Shown here one piece after another: positions 40,569 through 49,567 of a stretch of 64,000 nucleotides of DNA; the first letter of the stretch is position 1, and every line of letters starts with the position of its first letter. The notes below the pieces were generated by a model. It had not been told where the DNA came from. It searched no databases and saw only the letters and a program-made list of their open reading frames with translations. The translations under genes were made by a program, and so were the position numbers. Source of the stretch: an uncultured Actinomycetes bacterium (lineage in GTDB: Bacteria > Actinomycetota > Thermoleophilia > UBA2241); the NCBI GenBank assembly GCA_963709345.1, contig CAVPVX010000001.1:32001-96000 (forward strand). The letters run 5' to 3'.

Positions 40569-41438
40569 GTGTTGACCCGGGTGTCGTTCAAGACGAGCGC
40601 GGTCGTGGGATGGGTCGTCATCGCCGTGACGATCGTCGTCTGCGCCGTCATCGCGATCGTCGTGCACGCCATACTCCCCGAGAAGGTCGACGAAGCCCTG
40701 CTCGACGGCGCTCTGGTGCTCCGCTTCGGCTTCCCGGTGGTCGCCGTTGCCTACTTCCTCCTCCTCTTCGCGCAGTGCTCCGTGAGCGTCGCCGTCGCAT
40801 CGCCCACGGCGCGGACCCGCCCTCTCCGCCACGGGCTGGCGCTCGGGCTGGTCTTCGCCGTGCTGTACATGATCGGGATGCAGGAGATCATGGTGGACAC
40901 GAGCCCGTTCGCGGCGTGGGGCTCGGCCTACGTTACCTATCAAGCGATCATCGGCCTCGGTGACGCGATCCCCGTCATCATCCTGTGCGCGGTGGTCGGC
41001 GCCCTGCTGGCCGGCGGACGCACGCTCGCCGGGGGCGGGCAGCGACACGGTCTCGTCGCGCTGCTGGTGATGACGCTGACCGTCGGGACGGTCAGGTGGG
41101 TGGTGAGCGCCCTGGGCGTCATCCAGAGCGGCATCGCCGAGTACCCGGTCGCGGTCGTGGCGTGGGGCTACCTGCTCGGACTCGGCTTCGGCATCGGCTA
41201 CATCCTGCTCACGAGGACCAACACGGCCGGCAGGGCCGTGATGCTCTACGGCGTGGGGCTGAACTGGCTCATCTTCAACTCGTTCATCGGCCTGGTCTTT
41301 GCCGGCATGATGGGCGACGCTCTGCTCAGGGGCGCACTGGACGTCGCCGCCGTGGGGCTGGCCATGGGGCTGATCGCGCGGGTGACGGCGTCCGGCCTCC
41401 CAGCCGTTGACGCAGCTGAGCGAGCGGGGGATCACTGA
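40569..41438 (+). CDS. Hypothetical membrane protein (about 8 TM)
   Basis: Hydrophobic ORF with AAGGAG RBS. Confidence 0.75.
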   Translation: MLTRVSFKTSAVVGWVVIAVTIVVCAVIAIVVHAILPEKVDEALLDGALVLRFGFPVVAVAYFLLLFAQCSVSVAVASPTARTRPLRHGLALGLVFAVLYMIGMQEIMVDTSPFAAWGSAYVTYQAIIGLGDAIPVIILCAVVGALLAGGRTLAGGGQRHGLVALLVMTLTVGTVRWVVSALGVIQSGIAEYPVAVVAWGYLLGLGFGIGYILLTRTNTAGRAVMLYGVGLNWLIFNSFIGLVFAGMMGDALLRGALDVAAVGLAMGLIARVTASGLPAVDAAERAGDH

Positions 41439-41571
41439 TTCCTGGAAGCGCGCGATCTGCGTTCGCGGTGCCGGCGATCGCAGCCGGCGCGGCAGACAGC
41501 ATGCCGTCGCTGCGCGACCGCGGCAGCGGCCTCGCGCGGCGCGGGGTATAATCCCCCGGCTGTATCCGCGT

Positions 41572-41647
41572 GCCCCCATCGTCTAGCGGCCTAGGACACC
41601 GGCCTTTCAAGCCGGCGGCACGGATTCGAATTCCGTTGGGGGCACCA
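41572..41647 (+). tRNA. tRNA-Glu (TTC)
   Basis: GCCCCCATCGTCTAGCGGCCTAGGAC, stem CCGGC-CTTTCAA-GCCGG, TTCGAAT, CCA; TATAAT upstream. Confidence 0.96.
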
Positions 41648-41836
41648 CTCGTTCCCTGCTCATCGGCATCACGCACCCTCGGTCGGCAATGCAGTTGCTA
41701 TGATGGTCCGGGTACCGCTTCCGTCAGCGGCGTCGGCTACGAGGCTCCGGCCGGACATGCTCACATGCGCAGCGATGCGGTCTCGTGGCACTCCGGCCCG
41801 CGGCGCCTGTGGAAACGCCGATCTGGGAGGGATCTC

Positions 41837-44800
41837 TTGGGCCAGAAGTGGACCTGCATCGACGGCAACGAGGCGGCTGCGCGCGTCGCCTACGCTCTCA
41901 GCGAAGTCATGGCCATCTACCCGATCACGCCGTCCACTCCGATGGGTGAGGAGGCAGACCGCTGGGCGGCGGCCGGAAAGCCGAACCTCTGGGGCACCGT
42001 GCCAGACGTCGTCGAGATGCAGTCGGAGGCGGGGGCCGCCGGCGCCCTGCACGGCGCGCTGCAACGGGGCGCGCTGTCGACGACGTTCACGGCCTCGCAG
42101 GGGCTCCTCCTGATGATCCCCAACATGTTCAAGATCGCCGGCGAGCTGACGCCGGCCGTGATCCACGTCGCGGCGCGTGCCGTGGCGACGCACGCGCTCT
42201 CGATCTTCGGCGACCACAGCGACGTCATGCACGCGCGCACGACTGGCTGGGCCATGCTCGCCTCCGCGTCGGTGCAGGAAGCTCAGGACCTGGCCCTCAT
42301 CGCTCATGTCGCCACGCTGCGCTCGCGCATCCCGTTCATCCACTTCATGGACGGCTTTCGTACCTCGCACCAGATCGAGAGCATCATCCTCGTCGGCGAC
42401 GAAGACATCCGGGCGCTGGTGCCCGAGCAGGACATCCTCGCCTTCCGCGCCCGCGGCCTCAGTCCCGACGCGCCTCTAGTGCGCGGGACGGCGCAGAACC
42501 CCGACGCCTTCTTCCAGGGACGCGAGGCTGGAAACCCCTTCTACCTCGCCACGCCCGGGATCGTCGCCGAGGCCATGGACGCGTTCGAGCGACGGACGGG
42601 CCGGCACTACGGGCTCGTCGAGTACACGGGCACGCCCGATGCGGAGCGGGTCGTCGTCCTCATGGGGTCCGGCATCGGCGCAGCCGAACAGACGATGGAC
42701 ACGCTGGCCGCAGCCGGCGAACCCGTGGGCCTCCTCAAGGTGCGTCTCTACCGGCCCTTCCCCGCGGAGCAACTGGTCGCCGCATTGCCCTCGACCGTGC
42801 GGTCGATCGCGGTCCTCGACAGGACAAAGGAGCCGGGCGCGATCGGGGAGCCGCTCTACCTCGATGTCGTTGCCGCCCTCGCGGAGAACATGGATTCGGC
42901 GCAGCCGCGCTTCGGCCGCATGCCGCGGGTGATCGGCGGCCGCTACGGCCTGTCGTCGAAGGAGTTCAACCCCGGAATGGCCAAGGCGGTCTTCGACGAG
43001 CTCGCCGCAGCCGAGCCGAAGCGCCATTTCACAGTCGGGATCACCGACGACGTCACGCATCTGAGCCTCGCGCCCAACACGGAGTTCCGCTACCAGCGCC
43101 CGCCCGGCGAGGTGCAAGCGATGTTCTTCGGGACAGGCTCGGACGGGACCGTCGGGGCGACCAAGAGCTCGGTGAAGATCATCGGGGAGAACACCGATCT
43201 GTACGCGCAGGGGTACTTCGTCTACGACTCCAGGAAGGCGGGCTCCGTCACGGTCTCGCACCTGCGCTTCGGCCCCAACGCGATGCGTTCCACCTACCTG
43301 ATCGAACGCCCCGACTTCATCGCGTGCCACCAGTTCGGCCTCCTCACCACCGTGAAGGTACTCGCGCAAGCCAGGGACGGCGGCACCTTCCTGCTCAACA
43401 GCCCCTACCCGGCCGACAAGGTCTGGTGCGAGCTCCCCACGTCCATCCAGCAGCTTGTGGTCGAGAAGCAGATGAAGTTCTGGGTGATCGACGCCCAGAG
43501 GATCGCCGCCGAGGTGGGCATGGGCAACCGCATCAACACGATGATGCAGGCCTGCTTCTTCTCGCTGTCCAATGTGTTGCCGCCGGACGAGGCCGTCGCT
43601 CACATCAAGGAGTGGGTCGTGAAGACCTACGGCAAGCGCGGCCCCGTCATCGTGGAGAGGAACTTCGCAGCCATCGACCGCTCGCTGCAGGCACTCGCAC
43701 AGGTCGAGGTACCCGACGTGGTGAGTTGCGGCGGCCCCTCGGGGATCACCGTATCCGACGACGCCCCCGACTTCGTCAAGCGTGTGACCGTTCCGTTGCT
43801 GGCCGGCGAGGGCGACAGCCTGCCGGTGAGCGCCTTCCCCGTGGACGGGTCCTTCATCACCGGCACCGCCAAGTACGAGAAGCGGGCCATCGCCCGGGAG
43901 ATCCCCATCTGGGACCCGGGCCTGTGCATCGACTGCGGCAAATGCTCCCTCGTCTGCCCCCACGCCGTCATCCGCATGAAAGTCTATGAGCCCGCGTACC
44001 TCGAGGGCGCGCCCGAAGGCTTCCGCTCCAAGGACTTCCGTGCCAGGGAACTGCCCGACCACAAGCTGACGATCCAGGCGTCGCCCGACGACTGCACCGG
44101 CTGCGGCGTATGCGTCAACGTCTGCCCGGCGAAAAGCAAGACTGAGGTGAAGCGCAGAGCCATCGCGATGGAGCCGGTGACGGAGCACCGCGAAGCGGAG
44201 CGGATGAACTGGGCGTTCTTCGACACGATCCCGCCGCTTGCCAGGGACTCGCTTCCTCGCCGTTCGGTGAAAGGCTCGCAGGTGCTCGAGCCGCTCTTCG
44301 AGTTCTCCGGCGCCTGTGCTGGGTGCGGCGAAACGCCCTACGTCAAGCTCGTCTCGCAGCTGTTCGGCGACCGGGTCGTGATCGCCAACGCCACCGGCTG
44401 CTCGTCGATCTATGGCGGCAACCTGCCGACGACGCCCTGGACCGTCGATCGCGATGGGCGTGGGCCCGCGTGGAACAACTCCTTGTTCGAGGACACGGCC
44501 GAGTTCGGGATGGGCATGCGCTTGGGCTCCGAGGCACGCATCGCCAGGGCTCGGCTGCTCCTCGAGCGCCTCGCCCCCCGTCTGGATGGCGAGCTCGTGC
44601 AAGAGATCGTAGCGGCCCCCCAGTTCCATGAGGCTGAGATCCGCGCGCAGCGCGAGCGGATCGCCGACCTCGTGAAGGCGCTGGAGGATCTGGGGGCCGA
44701 CGACCCCGATGTGCGACACCTGCTCGCCTTGGCCGACGATCTCTTGAGCAAGGATGTCTGGATCATCGGCGGCGACGGTTGGGCGTACGACATCGGCTTC

Positions 44801-45472
44801 GGCGGCCTCGACCAGGTCCTCGCCTCGCGGCGCAACGTGAACATCCTGGTGCTCGATACGGAGGTCTACTCCAACACCGGCGGGCAGTCGTCGAAGGCGA
44901 CGCCTCGCGGGGCGGTGGCCAAGTTCGCCTCCTCGGGCAAGAGCACTCCCAAGAAGGACCTCGGCGCGCTGGCGATGACGTACGGCAGCGCCTACGTCGC
45001 CCAGATCGCCATGGGGGCTAACGACACCCAGGCGGTCAAGGCCCTGCTCGAAGCGGATGCGTGGCCCGGACCGTCGCTCGTCATCGCGTACTGCCCCTGC
45101 ACCGCTCACGGCATCGACATGTCCAAGTCGATGGAGCACATGAGGGACGCGGTGAGAAGCGGATACTGGCCACTGTACCGATTCCAGCCCACCGCGGCCG
45201 AGGGCGGTCAGCCCTTCAAGCTCGACTCGCCCAAGCCCTCGATGACCGTGCGGGACTTCGCCGCCTCGGAAGCGCGGTTCGCCATCCTGAGCAGGACTCA
45301 TCCGGAGCGGTCCGCCGCCCTCCTTGAGCTCATGCAGGCCGGCGTCGACGAACGCCGGCGCTACTACGAGCAACTGGAGGCGATGTCGAGGACGGTCCCC
45401 TCAGCCGACGACGGTGATCAGACGGATGGGGATCCCGGCGACGATCCACAGGACAAGGAGGCCCAACGATGA
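41837..45472 (+). CDS. nifJ: Pyruvate:ferredoxin (flavodoxin) oxidoreductase, homodimeric type
   Basis: DGNEA, YPITPS, QSEAGAAG, GSDGTVG, two CxxCxxCxxxCP, ACAGCGE, GGDGWAYDIG; TTG start after GGAGG. Confidence 0.95.
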   Translation: MGQKWTCIDGNEAAARVAYALSEVMAIYPITPSTPMGEEADRWAAAGKPNLWGTVPDVVEMQSEAGAAGALHGALQRGALSTTFTASQGLLLMIPNMFKIAGELTPAVIHVAARAVATHALSIFGDHSDVMHARTTGWAMLASASVQEAQDLALIAHVATLRSRIPFIHFMDGFRTSHQIESIILVGDEDIRALVPEQDILAFRARGLSPDAPLVRGTAQNPDAFFQGREAGNPFYLATPGIVAEAMDAFERRTGRHYGLVEYTGTPDAERVVVLMGSGIGAAEQTMDTLAAAGEPVGLLKVRLYRPFPAEQLVAALPSTVRSIAVLDRTKEPGAIGEPLYLDVVAALAENMDSAQPRFGRMPRVIGGRYGLSSKEFNPGMAKAVFDELAAAEPKRHFTVGITDDVTHLSLAPNTEFRYQRPPGEVQAMFFGTGSDGTVGATKSSVKIIGENTDLYAQGYFVYDSRKAGSVTVSHLRFGPNAMRSTYLIERPDFIACHQFGLLTTVKVLAQARDGGTFLLNSPYPADKVWCELPTSIQQLVVEKQMKFWVIDAQRIAAEVGMGNRINTMMQACFFSLSNVLPPDEAVAHIKEWVVKTYGKRGPVIVERNFAAIDRSLQALAQVEVPDVVSCGGPSGITVSDDAPDFVKRVTVPLLAGEGDSLPVSAFPVDGSFITGTAKYEKRAIAREIPIWDPGLCIDCGKCSLVCPHAVIRMKVYEPAYLEGAPEGFRSKDFRARELPDHKLTIQASPDDCTGCGVCVNVCPAKSKTEVKRRAIAMEPVTEHREAERMNWAFFDTIPPLARDSLPRRSVKGSQVLEPLFEFSGACAGCGETPYVKLVSQLFGDRVVIANATGCSSIYGGNLPTTPWTVDRDGRGPAWNNSLFEDTAEFGMGMRLGSEARIARARLLLERLAPRLDGELVQEIVAAPQFHEAEIRAQRERIADLVKALEDLGADDPDVRHLLALADDLLSKDVWIIGGDGWAYDIGFGGLDQVLASRRNVNILVLDTEVYSNTGGQSSKATPRGAVAKFASSGKSTPKKDLGALAMTYGSAYVAQIAMGANDTQAVKALLEADAWPGPSLVIAYCPCTAHGIDMSKSMEHMRDAVRSGYWPLYRFQPTAAEGGQPFKLDSPKPSMTVRDFAASEARFAILSRTHPERSAALLELMQAGVDERRRYYEQLEAMSRTVPSADDGDQTDGDPGDDPQDKEAQR

Positions 45473-46503
45473 GCCGTCTGACCGCGACCTACCTCGGGCT
45501 CGAGTTGCGCAGCCCACTGGTGGCTTCCGCAAGTCCCTTCAACAGAGACGTCGAGGGGGCCATGCGTCTGCAGGAGAGCGGTGCGGCAGCCATCGTCCTG
45601 CCCTCCCTGTTCGAGGAGGAGGTCGTCCGCGAGGAACTGGAGATCACCCAGGTGCTCGAGCAGGGAGCCGAGGGCTTCGCGGAGTCCCTCGACTACTTCC
45701 CGCAGTTCGAGGCCTTCGAGAGCGCGGCCGACCGCTACCTCGCGACCATCGAGGCGATGAAGGCCAAGCTCGACGTGCCGGTCATCGGGAGCCTCAACGC
45801 GACATCGAGCGGCGGGTGGGTCCGATTCGCGAAACTCATCGAGGAGGCGGGGGCAGACGCTCTGGAGCTCAATCTCTACCGGATCGCGGCTGATCCGGCG
45901 CGCCAGGGCTCGGACATGGAGGCGAGCGACCTGGATGTGGTCCGGCGGGTGAGGGAGTCGACCGGCATCCCTCTGGCGGTGAAGCTCTCCGCCGACTACT
46001 CGGCGCTGGCCAACTTCGCCGTCAGCGTGGTCGAGGCCGGAGCCAACGGGCTGGTGCTCTTCAACCGCTTCTACCAGCCCGACATCGACGCGGATTCGCG
46101 AGAGATCGTGCCGAGGCTCGAGTTGAGCCAGCCGTGGGAGCTGAGGCTGCCGCTGCGCTGGATCGCGATCCTCCGTGCACAGGTCGGCGAAGGCACGTCG
46201 CTCGCCGCATCGAGCGGCATCCACTCTGGTATCGATGCGGCGAAGGCCCTGCTCGTCGGCGCGGACGTCGCGATGATGACCTCGGCCGTGCTCCGCAATG
46301 GGCGCGAGCACTTCGCGACCGTGAGGCGAGAGCTCGTGCAGTGGATGGACGAGAACGAGTACGTCTCGGTCGACGAACTGCGCGGCAGCGTGAGCTACGC
46401 GGCCAGCGACGACCCGTCAGCGTTCGAGAGGGCCAACTACCTCGAGACGCTGCGCTCCTGGAACGCCCATCTCGACCTGACGCCTCGCTCCCCGCTCCCC
46501 TGA
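45469..46503 (+). CDS. Dihydroorotate dehydrogenase-like flavoprotein (PFOR-associated)
   Basis: YLGLELRSPLVASASP, SLFEEE, ELNLY, LFNRFYQPD, FERANY. Confidence 0.9.
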   Translation: MSRLTATYLGLELRSPLVASASPFNRDVEGAMRLQESGAAAIVLPSLFEEEVVREELEITQVLEQGAEGFAESLDYFPQFEAFESAADRYLATIEAMKAKLDVPVIGSLNATSSGGWVRFAKLIEEAGADALELNLYRIAADPARQGSDMEASDLDVVRRVRESTGIPLAVKLSADYSALANFAVSVVEAGANGLVLFNRFYQPDIDADSREIVPRLELSQPWELRLPLRWIAILRAQVGEGTSLAASSGIHSGIDAAKALLVGADVAMMTSAVLRNGREHFATVRRELVQWMDENEYVSVDELRGSVSYAASDDPSAFERANYLETLRSWNAHLDLTPRSPLP

Positions 46504-46899
46504 GCTCGTCCGCGCTCCTTGCTGAGGAGGCCGTCGGCCTGAGGCCGTTGGGCGCGACGACGTCCCGAGGGCGCCCTTGACGGCGAGGTTCAACTCGGCT
46601 GCACAATCGGAACACACCAAGGAGTTGCTGTTGTTCTGGACCGCTCTGATCCTGAATGCGGACTCACCGCGATTCGCCGATCTCGACGATGGCGGCGCCA
46701 GACAATGCGATCCAAGGACCTGAAAGGCCAGGCCAGCCCACTTCAGCCGATGACGGCGTCACGCACGCCGATCCCGATCAGGGCCCCCCTTCACAGTACA
46801 CGTCACCTCTCAACGCACCGCGCACGAGCAGACGCAGCCGGCCCGTCGGCGTACCGCAGACCTCATGGCGCTCTGCTCGCTCCGCTCCATGCATGCCGC

Positions 46900-47544
46900 T
46901 CAGTGCACACCGAAGACCTCCAGAGCTTCCGCCAGTGACGGAACGACCGCCCGGGCCACGGCGCGTGCAGACGGCGAGGGCTCGACGAGATCCGGCACCA
47001 CGACGACCGCCATACCTGCAGCCGCGGCCGCGTGAACGCCCGCTTCGGAGTCCTCGAAGACGACGCAGTCGGCGGGGCGCGCGGCGAGTCGCTCGGCAGC
47101 GAGCAGGAAGAGATCCGGCGCCGGCTTGCCGCTCGCGACCTCATCGCCACCGACGACGGCACCGAACCGATCGAGCAGACCCACGCTGGCCAGCCGGCGC
47201 TCGACCTCGGCCCGAGCAGTCGCGCTGGCCACCGCCAGCGGTAGGCGCAGCGCATCAAGACCGTCGAGAAATGTGAGGAGTCCGGGCTTCAGCGGCGGGC
47301 CGGGCTCGAGCATGTCGCGCAGGTAGCGCGCCTTCGCCGCCTCGATTTCGGCGATCGGCACGTCGGGTCCCAAGGCGTCGACGAAGACGCTGCATGCGCC
47401 CTCCACCGTGCGGCCGACCGCAGTCAGATAGGCCTCATCGGCGAGCGCGTAGCCATGCTCGGCCATGGCGCATCGCCAGGCGTCGCGAGCGAGGCGCTCA
47501 GTGTCGAACATGAGGCCGTCCATGTCGAGGATGACCGCGCTCAT
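46900..47544 (-). CDS. HAD family phosphatase (subfamily IA)
   Basis: DMDGLMFDTE, GKPAPD, FEDSEAG. Confidence 0.9.
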   Translation of the reverse strand: MSAVILDMDGLMFDTERLARDAWRCAMAEHGYALADEAYLTAVGRTVEGACSVFVDALGPDVPIAEIEAAKARYLRDMLEPGPPLKPGLLTFLDGLDALRLPLAVASATARAEVERRLASVGLLDRFGAVVGGDEVASGKPAPDLFLLAAERLAARPADCVVFEDSEAGVHAAAAAGMAVVVVPDLVEPSPSARAVARAVVPSLAEALEVFGVH

Positions 47545-47600
47545 GCCCACGGATTCACGCTCCACTCTCTGGCGGGGGCGCCACTTCCTTCTCCCGGCGA

Positions 47601-47783
47601 TCACGCTCCCACGGAGCGCAGCAACGCGTACACGAAGTACGCCGGCCAGACGATGGCCTGAAAGACACCGTAGGCGCCGTCCCAGAACGAAGTCGCGCTC
47701 TGGATGTAGTAGACGAGCGCTCCGATGAACCCGAGTCCGTAGACCGCCCCGGCGCCGGCGGCGCTCCCCTTGCTCTCCGACAT
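47601..47783 (-). CDS. Small 2-TM membrane protein
   Basis: GAVYGLGFIGALVYY..AIVWPA; GGAGG RBS. Confidence 0.75.
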   Translation of the reverse strand: MSESKGSAAGAGAVYGLGFIGALVYYIQSATSFWDGAYGVFQAIVWPAYFVYALLRSVGA

Positions 47784-47953
47784 CGTTCCTCCCTGCTTCC
47801 AGCGCCTGTGACACCCGATTGATACCACTTGCCGACGGCGATGGACAGGGCGGCGGCGGAGCCGGCCTGACGCGGGGGCCGGACCCCGGGCAGTCCACGC
47901 GCGGCGAGGCGGCTCTCATGGTACCCTCGCCTCGGACGACCACGGGAGGGATC

Positions 47954-48625
47954 ATGCTCGTCGCGGCGTTCGTTCCCGGCAGCGGGTGGGACGGCAGGCA
48001 GATCTACTGGGACGACGGCCGGTACGTCCTGTACGGGCACGGGGCGATCAGGGCAGCCGACGTTCTCGAGTACGACCGGTTGGGCCACCTCCAGTGGGCC
48101 TCCCCCGATCTGCGCGGCTGGGTGGTCTCGGTGGCGCAGTGGGAGGCCGGGGTGAGCGCCCCGGGCAACGCGCCTGCCGGCTCGCCTGCGCCCGGCGCCG
48201 CGCCCCGCAAGGGCTTCCCGGCGTGGGCCGTCATCCTCATCGTCTGCGGCATCGCCGTTGTCGTACTGGGGATCCTGCTGGCGATCCTCATCCCCGCCTT
48301 CGTCCTGCGCGCCGGCGAGAGCATCAGCGACCAGGTGGCGCTACGGGCGGGGGTACGTACCATCCAGATGGGCCTCGAGTCCTACTCCGTAGACCACAAC
48401 GGCACCTACCCCGACCCCGCCCTCGTGAACGACTCGCACCTCGGCAGCTACATCGGCTCGTGGCCGCAGAACCCGTACACGGATCTCCCGATGGCGCGCG
48501 GGTCGGGAGTCGGCAACTTCAGGTACGAGGTCGGCGCCGACGGCCGGTCGTACCGGCTCGTCGGGTACGGCGATGACGGCACGGTCGTCATCGACCTGCG
48601 CGGTGGAGGCGGTATCACCTACTGA
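47954..48625 (+). CDS. Membrane protein with C-terminal GspG/pilin-like domain
   Basis: Internal TM ..LLAILIP, IQMGLESYSVDHNGTYP, WPQNPYT. Confidence 0.6.
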   Translation: MLVAAFVPGSGWDGRQIYWDDGRYVLYGHGAIRAADVLEYDRLGHLQWASPDLRGWVVSVAQWEAGVSAPGNAPAGSPAPGAAPRKGFPAWAVILIVCGIAVVVLGILLAILIPAFVLRAGESISDQVALRAGVRTIQMGLESYSVDHNGTYPDPALVNDSHLGSYIGSWPQNPYTDLPMARGSGVGNFRYEVGADGRSYRLVGYGDDGTVVIDLRGGGGITY

Positions 48626-48655
48626 GGACCGGCCGCGAAGACCCCGCCACCGCGG

Positions 48656-48994
48656 TCAGCAGCAGGTGACCCGGCAGGCGGCGCAGTCGCACTCGGGTGA
48701 GTGGCTCCAGCCGGAGGCGGGCGCGAGCGACTCGTCGTCCACCCGCCGTTTGCCTCTGTGGTCACGAGGCATGGTGACGGAGAACACACCGGCCTCGTAC
48801 TCCCACAGCTCGCCGCTCCGCGTCCAGCACTGCGCCGGCGCGTCGAGCGCGATCACCCGCTCGCGGTCGAAGTGAAGGTCGGGCCAGCACAGCAGGCCCT
48901 TGTCGCCGGCGTCGGTGACGCCAGGACCGGTCGGGACGCGCGCCGGTCGCTCAGCGGTGGCGCCGCCGGCGCAGGGCAGTGTGCGCATGCTCAT
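48656..48994 (-). CDS. Hypothetical protein with C-terminal HxxxCxCxxC..CC
   Basis: ORF after GGGG RBS-like; HSPECDCAACRVTCC. Confidence 0.5.
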   Translation of the reverse strand: MSMRTLPCAGGATAERPARVPTGPGVTDAGDKGLLCWPDLHFDRERVIALDAPAQCWTRSGELWEYEAGVFSVTMPRDHRGKRRVDDESLAPASGWSHSPECDCAACRVTCC

Positions 48995-49154
48995 CCCCCT
49001 GGGAGAAGTTCACTACGGTGCGGGTTCGTACCCTACTGGTCTCGGCAGCGGGAGACGTGGCCTCCTGAGGCCGTACACCCCTCTCTCGCAGGGTCGCCTC
49101 CCCGGTTCAGATGGATACCGGGCATGCGGACACGACCGGCGAGATGCGTACAGC

Positions 49155-49174
49155 ATACCCCGAGGGGGTATCAT
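49155..49174 (+). promoter_or_regulatory. CsoR/CstR-type operator overlapping the -10 TATCAT
   Basis: ATACCCC-GAG-GGGGTAT. Confidence 0.6.
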
Positions 49175-49212
49175 CGACTGACGTCAACTCATGACTCACT
49201 GGAGGGTGATCC

Positions 49213-49527
49213 ATGGCTACTGCCGAGATCGCGAGCGGCATCTGCGGCTTCTGCACGACGGTGCGCACCCAAGCGGACGGACGAAGCGTGGGGCTCGAGT
49301 TCGAGACCACGTGCGGCTACGTCGAGAAGCTCGCCGAGCAGCTCACGGAGGTGGATCCCTACCGCGAGATCAGCTACCGGGGCGAAGGCCCGCTGACCCT
49401 GAGGCTCGCCGCCGAGCACCTCGTGCACCCCGCCTGCCCCGTCCCGGCCGGCATCATCAAGGCGATCGAGGTCGAGGCAGGCCTCGCACTACCGAGGGAC
49501 GCGAGCATCAAGCCGGCGAAGGACTGA
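49213..49527 (+). CDS. Small Cys-rich protein (DUF6951-like)
   Basis: SGICGFCT, ETTC, HPACPVPAGIIKAIEVEAGLALP; GGAGG RBS. Confidence 0.75.
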   Translation: MATAEIASGICGFCTTVRTQADGRSVGLEFETTCGYVEKLAEQLTEVDPYREISYRGEGPLTLRLAAEHLVHPACPVPAGIIKAIEVEAGLALPRDASIKPAKD

Positions 49528-49567
49528 GCCCGGCGGACGAAGAGCCGGGGGGCAGCCGCCGCGGACG

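Noticed and set aside
41570-41836. N-terminal extension of the PFOR ORF
   Set aside because: It runs through tRNA-Glu; the real start is TTG 41837 after GGAGG.
46541-46620. attR copy of tRNA-Glu closing a PFOR island
   Set aside because: Only CCGTTGGG matches, too short in a high-GC sequence.
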